Assembly: GCA_051942245.1 (NCBI GenBank) | Contig: JAVECL010000207.1 | Location: 1-36,040, forward strand | Source of the DNA: Trypethelium eluteriae | Taxonomy: Eukaryota | Direction: 5' to 3' | Length of the DNA: 36,040 bases | Shown here: piece by piece, positions 11,834-22,854 of the stretch | How the letters are laid out: every line of letters starts with the position of its first letter | Position numbering within the stretch: the first letter of the stretch is position 1 | Made by a program: the position numbers and the translations under genes | Notes under the pieces: generated by a model | Database searches by the model: none | What the model saw: only the letters and a program-made list of their open reading frames with translations | What the model was told of the DNA's origin: nothing

Positions 11834-13078
11834 TCAGGCCCATTTGCTCGTCTCTTTGTCACACCATTTCCAGAATTTCGCCGACCCACCATCCTCATTC
11901 CTGAGGTTTTCTTGGACGTCGGGCCTTGGATCGCTAAAGCGGCCCCATGGAATGATGTAGCTGCCATTCTTATCCGGCGTCACTTTTGGAGAGCAGCCAG
12001 CGAAGAGTTCAGTGTACGCTCCGTATCTTGCTGGGTGGAGGAATATTTTCTCCTATAGGGCGGCGCAATTGTCAGCAGGTGCGTACCAGCCAGTACCATC
12101 AACTTCTGCATCAAATGACGCCTTATTCAAATGCCGCAATGCACTTACAATGACAAACTTCTCCAATCTTGGAGTGTGGCGATCTAGCTCCGTCTTCAGA
12201 TTCCCTGGATTCCATGACTTTCATCATCAGTGACCGTGGCCGAGCAACCCGTCGATGGGGCCCACTTACCACACTGACGATTCCGTCTTCTCCGGCTCGT
12301 TTCGCCAGCTCGTGCGCAAGAAACACGTTCCCAACCTTTGACTGACCATAGTCTGCTGACCTGCCGAGAACTTTAGGGGCTCCTTGGGCATCGAATTCGA
12401 TGCCACCCTCGGGAGCCATGACTTCTGTAGCAAGAGAACCTGCCCATGTAACGCGGACGGACCCGGAGGGCGAAGATGCTGCTGTACGTTCGAGCACAGG
12501 GAGAAGCAGCTTGGTGAATAAATAAGGCCCGAGGCAATTTGTTCCCATTTGAAGCTCATAGCCCTGCACAGATGATTGCGTTGGCCCCAAGCTGATGCTA
12601 CCATCTACCCAAAGAGAAAGACACTTACTTGGACCGTCTTACTTCCATTGGGCGGATTCATCACGCCAGCGTTGTTAGTCAGACAATGCAGAGTATCGGA
12701 TTTCGAGAGGAACGAGTCAACAGCAGGCTTTATAGAAGCCAGGTCGGCGAGGTCTACTTTCAAGAACTCAATGTGACCTTTCGACTCTGGAATTTTTTCT
12801 TGGATTGTCTTGATCGATTTGAGACCCTTCTCTTCATTACGCCCTGCAAGATAGATAGTTCCGTTCCGTTGATAAAGGATTTTGGCAAGCTCAAAGCCAC
12901 AGCCTACGTAGCCCGTCACAATGAAGACCTACTCACAATTAGCTAGCTTTACGGATACTTTACCCCGCGATGTTCGACTAACCTTGCCCTTCTGATCATC
13001 GAGATTTTGCTCTGTGAGGCATGGTGGAGGGATTCTGAAGCTTTGATCGCAAACGTTCCTCAGAGACGAATAACGCAT
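11834..13078 (-). CDS. Short-chain dehydrogenase/reductase (retinol-dehydrogenase/WWOX-like subgroup)
   Basis: Exons 12983-13078, 12629-12928, 12270-12563, 12149-12217 and 11834-12052, all GT-AG. Motifs NNAGVM, GTNCLGPYLFT, catalytic YGQSK, WNPGNLKTEL, YTELFAG and YIIPWGR. The Rossmann motif is shortened to TGYVGCG. Confidence 0.9.
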
Positions 13079-14349
13079 TTTGATTGGTAATGAAGGCACA
13101 GCTTGTCTTAGCGGAATTCTCTTCGAAGAGCGAATTCTAGGCATTTATGGAAGACATCATTATCGGACAGTCGGCAGTTAAAGCCATTCCAACTTGCCGC
13201 ACTACTTGTCTCAGTGTTACCTTCAACGTCTCCTCACCTTGTATGACGTCTCATAGTGGCAAGTCGGCCGCATGGACTCATTTTCACATGCAGGACTTGG
13301 GGTTTAAGCTGGCAGGGGCGTGATTTTGACAGAGCAGGTCCTACTCTAGAAGTCAAGCAAGCATTCGCTCAAGGCCCTTACAGGAAATGTCCACTCCCAC
13401 CAAAAAATCATTTCATACCACAGAAACTTGTTGTATCAATTTTCAGTCATCATTATCATCTCTGCATCGCTACGAATTCAACTTTTTTGATTTGTCAGGG
13501 TCTTGATAGAGCACGCGATTTCGGCTTGGTGTCGCTGTTGCGCCGTATTCTGGAAAAGATGGGGTTCCCGCAATCAACACAGGATCAAGCATGGTAGCAA
13601 TGTTCATGGAATTGCTACTTAGCCATCATGGGTGATTTTAGTCTTCTTCGCACCGACAAAGAACGACATCTTCCAGCATTCATTCAGTATCCTTTGATCG
13701 CCATTCATCCACAGCGATTCACCCCGGAGCGGCACTCTTCCTTCTCCGCTGAGTGGGAATTCTTCCCGAGCTCGACCTTTATGATCAATTCGAAGCACAG
13801 AGAGAAGAAAATGTCCGACCCCAATGCCGGAATGATCATTCTTGAGATATTATGTAACGGCAAGGTCTTTGCGACTCTGAAGAGATAGCGCGCGTGACCC
13901 CATGTGCACAATCGTGGCTTACACAGAATATCTTCGAGCTGCTTTTTCGCTCAGAAGCACAACGCTCTAGAGCACAACAGTAATTTCACTAAACAGTCTT
14001 GTATCACGAAGAGATGGAAGGTGTGAATCAAAAGTGGGCTCTGCAAGCCCCAAAGTGCTCGCCCGTTATCGTAGCTGAACTCACGTGATGAGTTTCGCTC
14101 TCCGCCAAGGTTCACCATTACCGCAACACTGCCAAAACCTCCACTCTCTCTGCTGAGCATGGCGCAGGACGATTGAGCGCAATATGTCGGCAATCCAAAA
14201 CACGATGCGACTACAACGGTGAAGCATGTCCGAGATTCACTCGGCTTGGACAGACTTGAGTAATGGATTCCGCCTTTTACCGAGCCATTCATCAGGATGA
14301 GGTTGCAACATGACGAGACTTGCGTTCTGTGAGATGTGTCTGATTGTCG

Positions 14350-14367
14350 ACCTACCTACCTACCTAC
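14350..14367 (+). repeat. (CCTA)n microsatellite
   Basis: acctacctacctacctac seen directly. Confidence 0.7.
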
Positions 14368-14647
14368 GTACCCGATAGATCCCCTAGTTAGGGAGCAATT
14401 GTGCACGTGATATCTTTCCATGGTTCCTCCCTAACATGGACTTTCACCTTCTTTACCGTAGCTGGTTCTTTAGACCTTCAGACCAAAACAATGACTTTGT
14501 GCCAGTCACTCTCAGCTTCCACGAGCATCCATAATATCATCGATACGGGCTTGGTAGCTCAGGGGTATCGAAATCCAGCAGACGGACAAGAGATCGAGAA
14601 GAAGCGGAAAAGCAACACAAATACAAGCGATGGAAGCAGAGCCATGA

Positions 14648-15880
14648 TTAGCAAGTTGGAAGACGCTCTTCAGCCCCCTTCACATGCTCGACATACAGGA
14701 AATTCTCTGCACATGGGCAAATCCCACAGCTGACCTCGTAATCCACTCCACCCTTCTCAGGAAAAGGAGTGTTATTCGCGCAAGGTTGACAATGTAATAG
14801 CACCTACATCTGCCGCACTGGTCTGCGTAGTCGAAGCGTGCAGTGATCGCTTGCCATACGTGTTGTTCCAGATGTCTCACCCGATCAGGATGACCGCTTT
14901 GGAATTTTGACCGGAGTTGCTGCCATTGCTCGTTTGATAGACGGTGTTTGGTATTGCCAAAAAGTTGAGTTTTCAACTCAGTCAGTTCTTTGGATGCTGG
15001 AAGTAGATAATTTTTGCGAATCTCTTCGGGAACGCAGATGTCTCTTGATTCAGAGAGAAAATTGCGCCACGGAAGATTTTTCATAGCTTTCGAAGGCCAG
15101 AGTGGCTTTGTCGCTCCAATTCTTTGGTAGGTTTCATCCAAACCAATGATTTTTGGTGCAGTCCCACGGGCGTTACGTGACTTTTTTCCTTTTTGAGGGC
15201 CAGACTTCCAGCGTCCGCTCTGAAGTTCAGATATGAAATTCCTCAAGGATTCCTGCTGAACTTCAATTGAACTAGCACGACTATCAGACTCTCCTTCCCG
15301 GTCGTTTGTAGCGACTCGAATAATAAGAATCACAATTTCTTGGGAGGTACGGCATATCCATCGATGTTCTTGTCTGTCGAATCCTGTGATGACATTACTA
15401 CTGATATTGTTTTTATATTAGAGCTGAAAGCACGTACCAGGAACCAAATTCCATCTAGCAATGGAACTGCATATGCTCGTGGCTGAGGTATTGATCACTT
15501 CAAGATTGGTCGCCCAGTGAGCATCATCGAACGAGTGAGATTTGACCCATGTGCAAAAATGTTCAAAAAGACACTGGTATTGTAAAATGATGCGACCTAA
15601 AAGAGGTAATAGACGATCCTGTAAGGCCTCCCGATTGCACATGGCTATTTCCACTGCCTTGTTTGCATAACTGATGTTGTTCTGGAAATGTGCCATGGCC
15701 TCTCCAATCTCTTTGACTATGCTCTCTATCTCGGACAAAGCCTTCTCTTTGCTCGATGAACGAGTGAGTACCGTATACCAGCTGTCGAGATCAAATGTTG
15801 GGAAGGCGGTATATTGTAAAGAAGGGTAACTCCACCCTTTCGAAATCATCATCGGAGTTAGTCTGATCTAAGGGAGCCAT
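14648..15880 (-). pseudogene. Orphan gene with two apparent frameshifts and a Cys-rich C-terminus (CGRC...CGICPCAE)
   Basis: ATG 15880 gives MAPLDQTNSDDDFERVELPFFTIYRLP, which joins ORF 15418-15852 if one base is removed from the run at 15800-15802. A GTACGT..CAG intron (15384-15437) joins this in frame to ORF 14680-15333. Removing 2 nt from the CG slip at 14777-14781 opens ANNTPFPEKGGVDYEVSCGICPCAENFLYVEHVKGAEERLPTC* ending at 14648. Confidence 0.6.
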
Positions 15881-15968
15881 TGCTCTTCAACTATGTCCTC
15901 TAAAAACCCAACGATCGCAAGAGATAGCCATGACGATTTGTGCATATGGACGTTTGTAAGTTTGTTCC

Positions 15969-16859
15969 TCAAACAACGTACTTGCTTGCTGCGAGAACAA
16001 AGCCTCCCCGATGTACTTGCTCAAAAGCAAATTCCTTTCTTTCAACAGTACGGCTAGCATTCTCCTGTTGCATCCCTTCGTCATGCTGCAAATTCTCTAT
16101 GTCTGCTTTGAGACGAGCACATGAAAAAGAGTCGTGGAAGCCGTCTAGAGGGTATGTCCGGAGCTGAGGCTCAGTGACTTCGTATTCCTCGTCTTCATGG
16201 TGGTCATCTAACTCTTGAAACCAAGGTCTAGCAATAATCCAGAGTTGGTTGTTATCCAATGACTTCACAACACTGAATCGTGTGTCTGACCAATTTTCTT
16301 GGACAGAATAAGTTACTAATGAGCCTATCTCTATAAAGCGGCGAATGTCGGGTATCTTTGAAAGCCTTTCTTCGACTTTAGCTCGTGTCTCTGTGGTAGT
16401 GTTCTGTAGAAGAGAAGAGGACTGCTCTGATTCATCGTCATCATCGGTCTGAATAGTTTCAGAGCTTATGTCTTGACCAGTCATGTTATTCTTTCCTGAT
16501 GAGATTCCTCGCGAATTGGTGTTGTTTATGAAATAGGCACTGCCAATCTTCAGTGAAAAATGCGTGTCGCCTTGCTGATCCGGTAGATTACGTGTGTACG
16601 GGTAGTCTTCGGTCAGATCCAACGTATCCACTTCATCAGTTCCGTTCGTCCAGATGCCATACTCAAACTCGCCCCGAGATCCAAGATATAGAATTCCAAG
16701 ACCAGCAGTGTAATATCTGTCGTAGAATTTATATATTTCGTTATTCGTATATTCGTCGGTTATAGCATTTAGATCTTCCTTAAATTCTTCAAGTGGAATT
16801 CGTAGGTCGTAGAACAGCGGTTCAATAGCACGCTTCCACGAAAGTGGTGAAGATGCCAT
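15969..16859 (-). CDS. Hypothetical acidic protein (~296 aa), no recognised domain
   Basis: Long open frame from ATG 16859 with protein-like composition (many D/E, aromatic-rich globular parts). A GTACGT donor near its 3' end leaves the C-terminus uncertain. Confidence 0.7.
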   Translation of the reverse strand: MASSPLSWKRAIEPLFYDLRIPLEEFKEDLNAITDEYTNNEIYKFYDRYYTAGLGILYLGSRGEFEYGIWTNGTDEVDTLDLTEDYPYTRNLPDQQGDTHFSLKIGSAYFINNTNSRGISSGKNNMTGQDISSETIQTDDDDESEQSSSLLQNTTTETRAKVEERLSKIPDIRRFIEIGSLVTYSVQENWSDTRFSVVKSLDNNQLWIIARPWFQELDDHHEDEEYEVTEPQLRTYPLDGFHDSFSCARLKADIENLQHDEGMQQENASRTVERKEFAFEQVHRGGFVLAASKYVV

Positions 16860-17060
16860 ATTCAAGATTGAGATACCGTATGCTTGATGTGGACTATAGC
16901 CGAGGCCTGAGGATCGAAGCTATTGTCAAATTCAGTGTGATACAAGTGCACATGTACGCTGATTGTTAATGTTTGTCTTTTCTGCTTGATAGAGATTGAT
17001 CTCGATGGGTAGAAAGAAGATGCTGATATATGATATTTAGGGAAATGACCTCGCTCAAGC

Positions 17061-17137
17061 CTGCATGTGGAACGGAACGCAACCATCAAACTCGCATGCG
17101 GAATGGAATGCAGCCACCAACTCGCATGCGGAATGAA
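17061..17137 (+). repeat. 30-bp tandem repeat, ~2.6 copies
   Basis: ctgcatgtggaacggaacgcaaccatcaaa / ctcgcatgcggaatggaatgcagccaccaa / ctcgcatgcggaatgaa. Confidence 0.85.
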
Positions 17138-18269
17138 TAATGGCTATACGCGGAGTAATGAAGCATCTTCTTTATTCATTCTCGACCACCCTATATGTTA
17201 AATGCTGCAATAATGCAAGCCGAGCAGAATGACCGATGGCCGCAAACGTAGTATCAATGGGGAATTCACAAAGGAGAACCACTCAACCAAGGTAGGTATG
17301 GTTAGGTAGAGTGCACGCTAGGCGCTCACACGACCTCACTTATCCTTTAATCTCTCCTCACCGTCCTCCTGTTGACCCGGACTTGGAAAGCGCTAGATTC
17401 CTTGCGGAAAGGACCTTTGTAGGGCATTGGGTCAATTTGAGGATTGGCAGTCCGAAGGTATTCGAGGCAGTAAGGTGTTAGCAGGCACAGGGAATTAGAG
17501 ATTGTGGCCGATCGGCGGCTAGAGGGAATTCTAGAACGTATACAGTATCACATGGAGTTGTTCGACTTCGATAATATTCACCATTCTCTTGAGTCTATTC
17601 ACACAATAGCCGCACCCCGAGTCCTTGCTATCTTCCACTGGAAATTATGGATTTCTTATATCGTTGTATTGAATCATGACGTCCTGTTATGATTTGGCCG
17701 GTGATTTGCGTCCGTCGTGCCATGAATACACCTATTTTGAGCATCACAAGCCATGATTCAAACTCAGATCACAAGTCAGCCGCGATGAGTTGTCACAGCG
17801 CTGACTTCCATTCAATTGCCTGTTATATTTGACATGTGAATAGTGCTTGAGTCAATGCGATGATTGAGTTCTCTCTTGCCCAGTGGATTTTTCGGCCCGG
17901 AAGTGCAAGTAGCCTGATTCAGAGAGTCCGCGAATTCATCAGTAGCCATGAAACCAGGCTCACTAGGCCAGCACTCTTCAACAAGTCTCTAATTCACCCG
18001 AGATCTGAGTGAGTCTGCGTCGTTGACTCGACAATTCACCATGTAAGGGCAGTCAGAGGCCCATCTTGCTGCCATGCTTCTCAACATAAAGCTTTCGAAA
18101 GTCCAGTGCCGTCGACTCTATTCCAGACAGATCGTATTGTTTGCCTTCAGAGATCGATTTGACATCAGTCTCGTTGCAGAGATAGTACATCCCTCTAGTA
18201 TTCTAGAGAAGAATCAGCCTCGGGTAACAGTTTCTTATTTCTAACAGCCATTTCGCTGGAACGAGTCAA

Positions 18270-19370
18270 ATGTCCGAGTCATCCCAGGCCGTGGGAAATA
18301 CATCTGAGGTAGCGAGCGATGGTGAGTGGCAGCGTCTTGTCCAAAAAGGCGCTGTACTGGTCTCTAGATTGGAAAAGGGTCCGAAAGGGAAATCTGAATG
18401 GAATTATATGAACATGCTGGAGCAGGGCTGGAAACAAGAAGACTGCAACAAAGCTGCTATACCGTTTCTGGAAGGTCCTGATCCTAGGGTCAGGCTTGCC
18501 GGTGTTCTAAAGCTCCTGAAGGTTTCTGACAGAGACAAAGCGCAAGGTGGAGAAAACAATTACCAGGTCCTCAAAGTTGACCGTGAGCGAATGAAACCCG
18601 AAGAGCGCCAGGAAGCTGAGCGTAATGTGAGTTCTTCAGCGCATTCCAATCAGTTAAACATACTAAAAGCTGAATCCTAGAATCGTCATGGATTATTTGA
18701 GAATTCCTTCAATCCTAAGGACGGAGTAATCGTATGTCACCGCAATTTCAAACCAAAGCGGACCGCGTATATGGGAGCAGGAAGAGTGTTGCATTTTTTT
18801 ATACCCCAGCCCATTCATTGGTCTGATCTGATATTCCCACAATGGGAGTATTTCGCCGAGCAGGCCGGCTGTGACGCGAGAAATCTCAGATACGTCTTTC
18901 GAAACAAGATCAACAACAAGGAGACTCTGAGGATCATCCATCGCGCTATCAGAGCAAAGATTAATACTCCGAGTTCGACGCAAGCCTCAGGTGTCTTATC
19001 AGCTATGAAATGGCCGGGTCTTACTTTTAGGACCGATTCCGACGAAGGAAGAGCTCTCTTGGCAACAGTGAATGCCAAAGGAATCGCGCTGGGGATGATA
19101 GATCGACCGGAGAAGTATCACGGCAGAGTTATTGAAGAGATTCAAGTATTTCTGAATGACCCTCATCCTTCTTCAAACACAACCGAACCAGATACGTATA
19201 TGCTCATCCGCATCGTTGACCAGAAGCCAAAGCAACAGACACCCCGAGCTTCTCAGCAGAAGGTTGCAGTCGCGAGTAAGGGTCCTTCGAAGGCTAGGCG
19301 AGTCCTCAAGTCGGCCAAAGACACGACGAAGGACACTTTCAAAGAAGGTTGCAAGGGTCAGTCCAATTAG
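18270..19370 (+). CDS. Fungal-specific hypothetical protein (WSD..F.QW / WPG..F..GRALL.T.N family)
   Basis: Exons 18270-18626 and 18681-19370, joined by a GTGAGT..CTAA..TAG intron, fuse the two track ORFs in frame. Motifs FENSFNPKDGVIV, HWSDLIFPQW, LRYVFRNKINNKET and WPGLTFRTDSDEGRALLATVNAKG match a pattern I recall from ascomycete hypotheticals. Confidence 0.8.
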
Positions 19371-21108
19371 ATCCTGCTTGAAATCATGTGGCATTCTGTA
19401 CGAGTAGTGCTACAGATGAGGCTGGTCTGTCATTAGCATTTCCCCATTGTATCAAATCTCCTTATCAAATAGTGTATTGCATGCGGGCATGCAGTTGTAT
19501 GAGTAATAGGAATGAGACACAACTTGCGATCTCAGTGCCCGATACGCTTGACCAAATGAAATTTCATCCATAAGACCCCATTCTTTGGAAACCTTTGAAT
19601 TACCGACACCTCAAGGTCATCCATCTCGTACGCACCATCTATTGCTTTTCTGTACAGCTGAGTACGTTGGGGGTATAAAGCCTCTTTCGTACCAGAGATA
19701 CGAGCTTCGCTAGCAACATCATATGTCGTTGGAGGGAGCCGGAAGTTGGTAGTTATGTCCGACCGTTACGTACGACCATCTACTTTGCAATAGATAGGCT
19801 GGCATCTGTCCCGCTGTTTTGGCTTGTTTTCACGCGGTTTGCAGGTGTACGGATGGATATCTGAAGTCGTTTTCCCAGTTCTTTGTACTGCAGTAGTTAC
19901 AGAAACAAAAAGGTGTAAAAGAATGAAGCTTCAGGAAATCTAGTCCCATCTGAGTTATCACACCATTGTACAGAGGTAGGATAGAAGGGGTTGCAAGCGT
20001 GGAACCTCTGCTCGGGAGAAGGAGTTGGAGTCGAAGTAGTGGAGTACGGAGTATGGAATACGGCAGGCAGGTGCAGGAAAATATTATGTCGTAGGCTAAA
20101 CCCTATACGGTAGGGTAGAGTAAGCATCACCAACGTCTCCTAAAACCATCCAAATTGGGTGTAGCGCAGCCGAGAAATCCTACACCCATGCCCAAACCTA
20201 GATACCTAGGTACATACACCAAGACATCGATTCCAATACTTTTCATCTCAACAAGTGTCAGTCGAAACCCTGGGTAATTACGCAATATCTATTCTGTCCA
20301 GTCATTGCCCAAATACTTTGGCTTCGGAACTCTAGACTGCACTCCGTACTCATTTTCTTTCTGCAATTAACGGCTGAAGGGCTTGTCCTACGCGTGTATG
20401 TGCATGTATTATTTCCCATGTGTTTAGTAAGTCTGTACAGATCTGTGCAGATTTAGTCAGAGCTTTAGCATCCGCCGCCGCCGCACGCAATCGTACACGC
20501 TTCATCGCCGTGGGATCCGAAAGGATGATCAACTTCGGATGAGCTCCCGCAAATGTAACCTGACAGACAAGGGGCCGAAGTATAGTGGACGAGGAGCTAT
20601 GTTTGGCTGAAAGGTATTGGTGGGTTCTTTTGACTTTTGACCCTGGCTAAGCCCGAGCCATTCCCATACGATATAACGCTTGTTTGTAGGGACATCAGCT
20701 TCGTGGCCACTCCTCGACGAGGTTCGCGACTCTTTCCTGTTGATCGTCGGACTCTACCGAATCAAGGTCAGTCCTGGATTTTTTCGGAGTCAGGTTTCTC
20801 CAGCCGGGATTGATACATTTATGTACGTGGCTGCACGCATGCAAGTCTAGGGTCATGGGTGTCTCCACCTGACCAATATGATGCTTCAACGTTTATCTCC
20901 GCGCTTCTTGCGGTAACTGGACAAGAGTATGGTTATGAAGTAGAGACTGCGGGGTATCTTGCATGTGCTTCGAGCTCGATGAAAGATGATTAGCTTCATA
21001 CATACACATACAGGCCTATAAGAGCCTTCTATCCTCGAGCCGAACCAGCCCATACGGTATTGCTATTCCCAACTTCTGCCGCACACTTCAACTCCACATA
21101 TCCACAAC

Positions 21109-22854
21109 ATGTCTGTCCGGGACGGTGCTCGCTTCGATTTCATTGTCATTGGTGGAGGGACTGCCGGCAACACCGTCGCTGGCCGTCTTGCTGAGAATCC
21201 CAATGTCCGAGTCCTAGTTCTTGAAGCTGGGGTTGGCAACTCCAAGGACATTGAGGAGATCCGAACTCCTGCGGAAGCCATGCAGCTACGAAACAGCAAG
21301 TACGATTGGGCCTACAAGACTACCATGGTCAAACGCGATGACTACGAGCGTATCGAAAAACCAAACACCCGCGGAAAGGCCCTCGGAGGTAGTTCGTCTC
21401 TGAACTACTTTACCTGGGCTCCAGGGTCCAAGGGAACCTATGATATGTGGGAGGAATACGGTGGAAAAGAAGGGACTTGGGACCCTCTTGTCCCTTAACT
21501 TCGGAGATCTGCCACCTACTATGACGACGAGAAGGCCTATCCTGAGGAGTTAAAGAAAATTGGAGGAGGTGGTCCCATCCCAATTGCTCACTCTGCACTT
21601 ATTCCGGAGATGCAGCCTTTCCGTGATCTTCTCACTGAGGCCTGGAAATCCACTGGACATTCAATTACCGAAAACATCTTCGATGGTACAATGCTTGGCT
21701 TAACTCATAGCGTGAATACTATTTACCAAGGTCGTCGCTCTGGTAGTTTCTTATCTGTCGCAGACAAATCAAACGTCACTATTCTTCCGGAAGTGCGTTC
21801 CAAGCGATTGATCATCGACGAAGCTTCCCGTACTTGTAAAGGTGCTACCGTTATTACGACTTCTGGACAGGAGTTGAGCCTTTTCGCTACTCGTGAAGTC
21901 ATCGTCTCGCAGGGAGTTTTCGAAACGCCGAAGCTGTTGATGTTAAGCGGTATCGGTTCCGCACCAGAGCTAGCTAAGCATAGCATTCCACTGATTGTTG
22001 ACTCACGCTGGGTTGGTCAAAATCTTTTGGATCATCCGGGTGTGCCGTTTGTCCTTCGTGTTAAAGATGAGTACGGCATGGATGATTACATTCTGCGAAA
22101 GGGAAATCCAAATCACGATCATGCCTTGAACGCTTACAGCGAAGGTTATGGTGGTCCAATGGGATCTGGATTCCTGGAGCTAGTTGGATTCCCTCGTATC
22201 GATAGCTACCTTGAAAGGTCTCCTGAATATCGCGCTGCAAAGGCTTCCAACGATGATCGTGATCCTTTCTGTCCGTACGGGCAGCCTCATTTCGAGCTCG
22301 ATTTTGTCTGTTTGTTCGGTAGTACCTTCCAATGGCACTATCCAACTCCAAGTGAGGGCAGCTACATCACTGTGATGGTTGATCTTGTCCGCCCTGTCTC
22401 TGAACCCGGCGAGATCACCTTGAATAGCGTCGACCCACTGCAGCAAGCAAATATCAATCTGAACTACTTCAATAATGACCTTGACATCATTGCTATTCGA
22501 GAGGGTATCAGGTACGCGTATGATGTTCTGAAATACGGCAAAGGATTCCAGGATATTGTTCTCGGCGAATACCCCTGGAACATGCCGTTGCATGACGATG
22601 AATTAATGAAGCGGACTGTGCTCGACCGCTCGCAAACGTCATTCCACCCTTGCGGCACTGCTCGTCTGTCCAAAAATATTCAGCAGGGAGTAGTTGATCC
22701 TAGTCTCAAGGTCCACGGAGTCGAGAATCTCCGTGTCATCGATGCTTCTGTGATCCCTGTTATCCCTGATTGTCGAATCCAGAACTCTGTTTACATGGTA
22801 GCCGAGAAAGGCGCTGATTTGATCAAGCAAGGTCACAAGGACATTTATGCTTAG
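21109..22854 (+). pseudogene. GMC oxidoreductase (choline/glucose dehydrogenase-like) with one in-frame TAA
   Basis: FAD motif [37 protein letters not shown], catalytic-region FHPCGT and [19 protein letters not shown]. ORFs 21109-21498 and 21610-22854 share a frame, and the only interruption is TAA at 21496-21498 (WDPLVP*LRRSATY). Confidence 0.9.

Noticed and set aside
13256..14292. Short ORFs on both strands
   Set aside because: No recognisable motif or convincing splice pattern; left unannotated.
14382..14393. CCCTAG-TTAGGG, telomere-like
   Set aside because: Only a single TTAGGG unit; not a telomeric tract or credible telomerase template.
17773..17807. AAGTCAGC/GCTGACTT hairpin with ATGA and CTGA, resembling a C/D snoRNA
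   Set aside because: Far too short between the boxes for a snoRNA.
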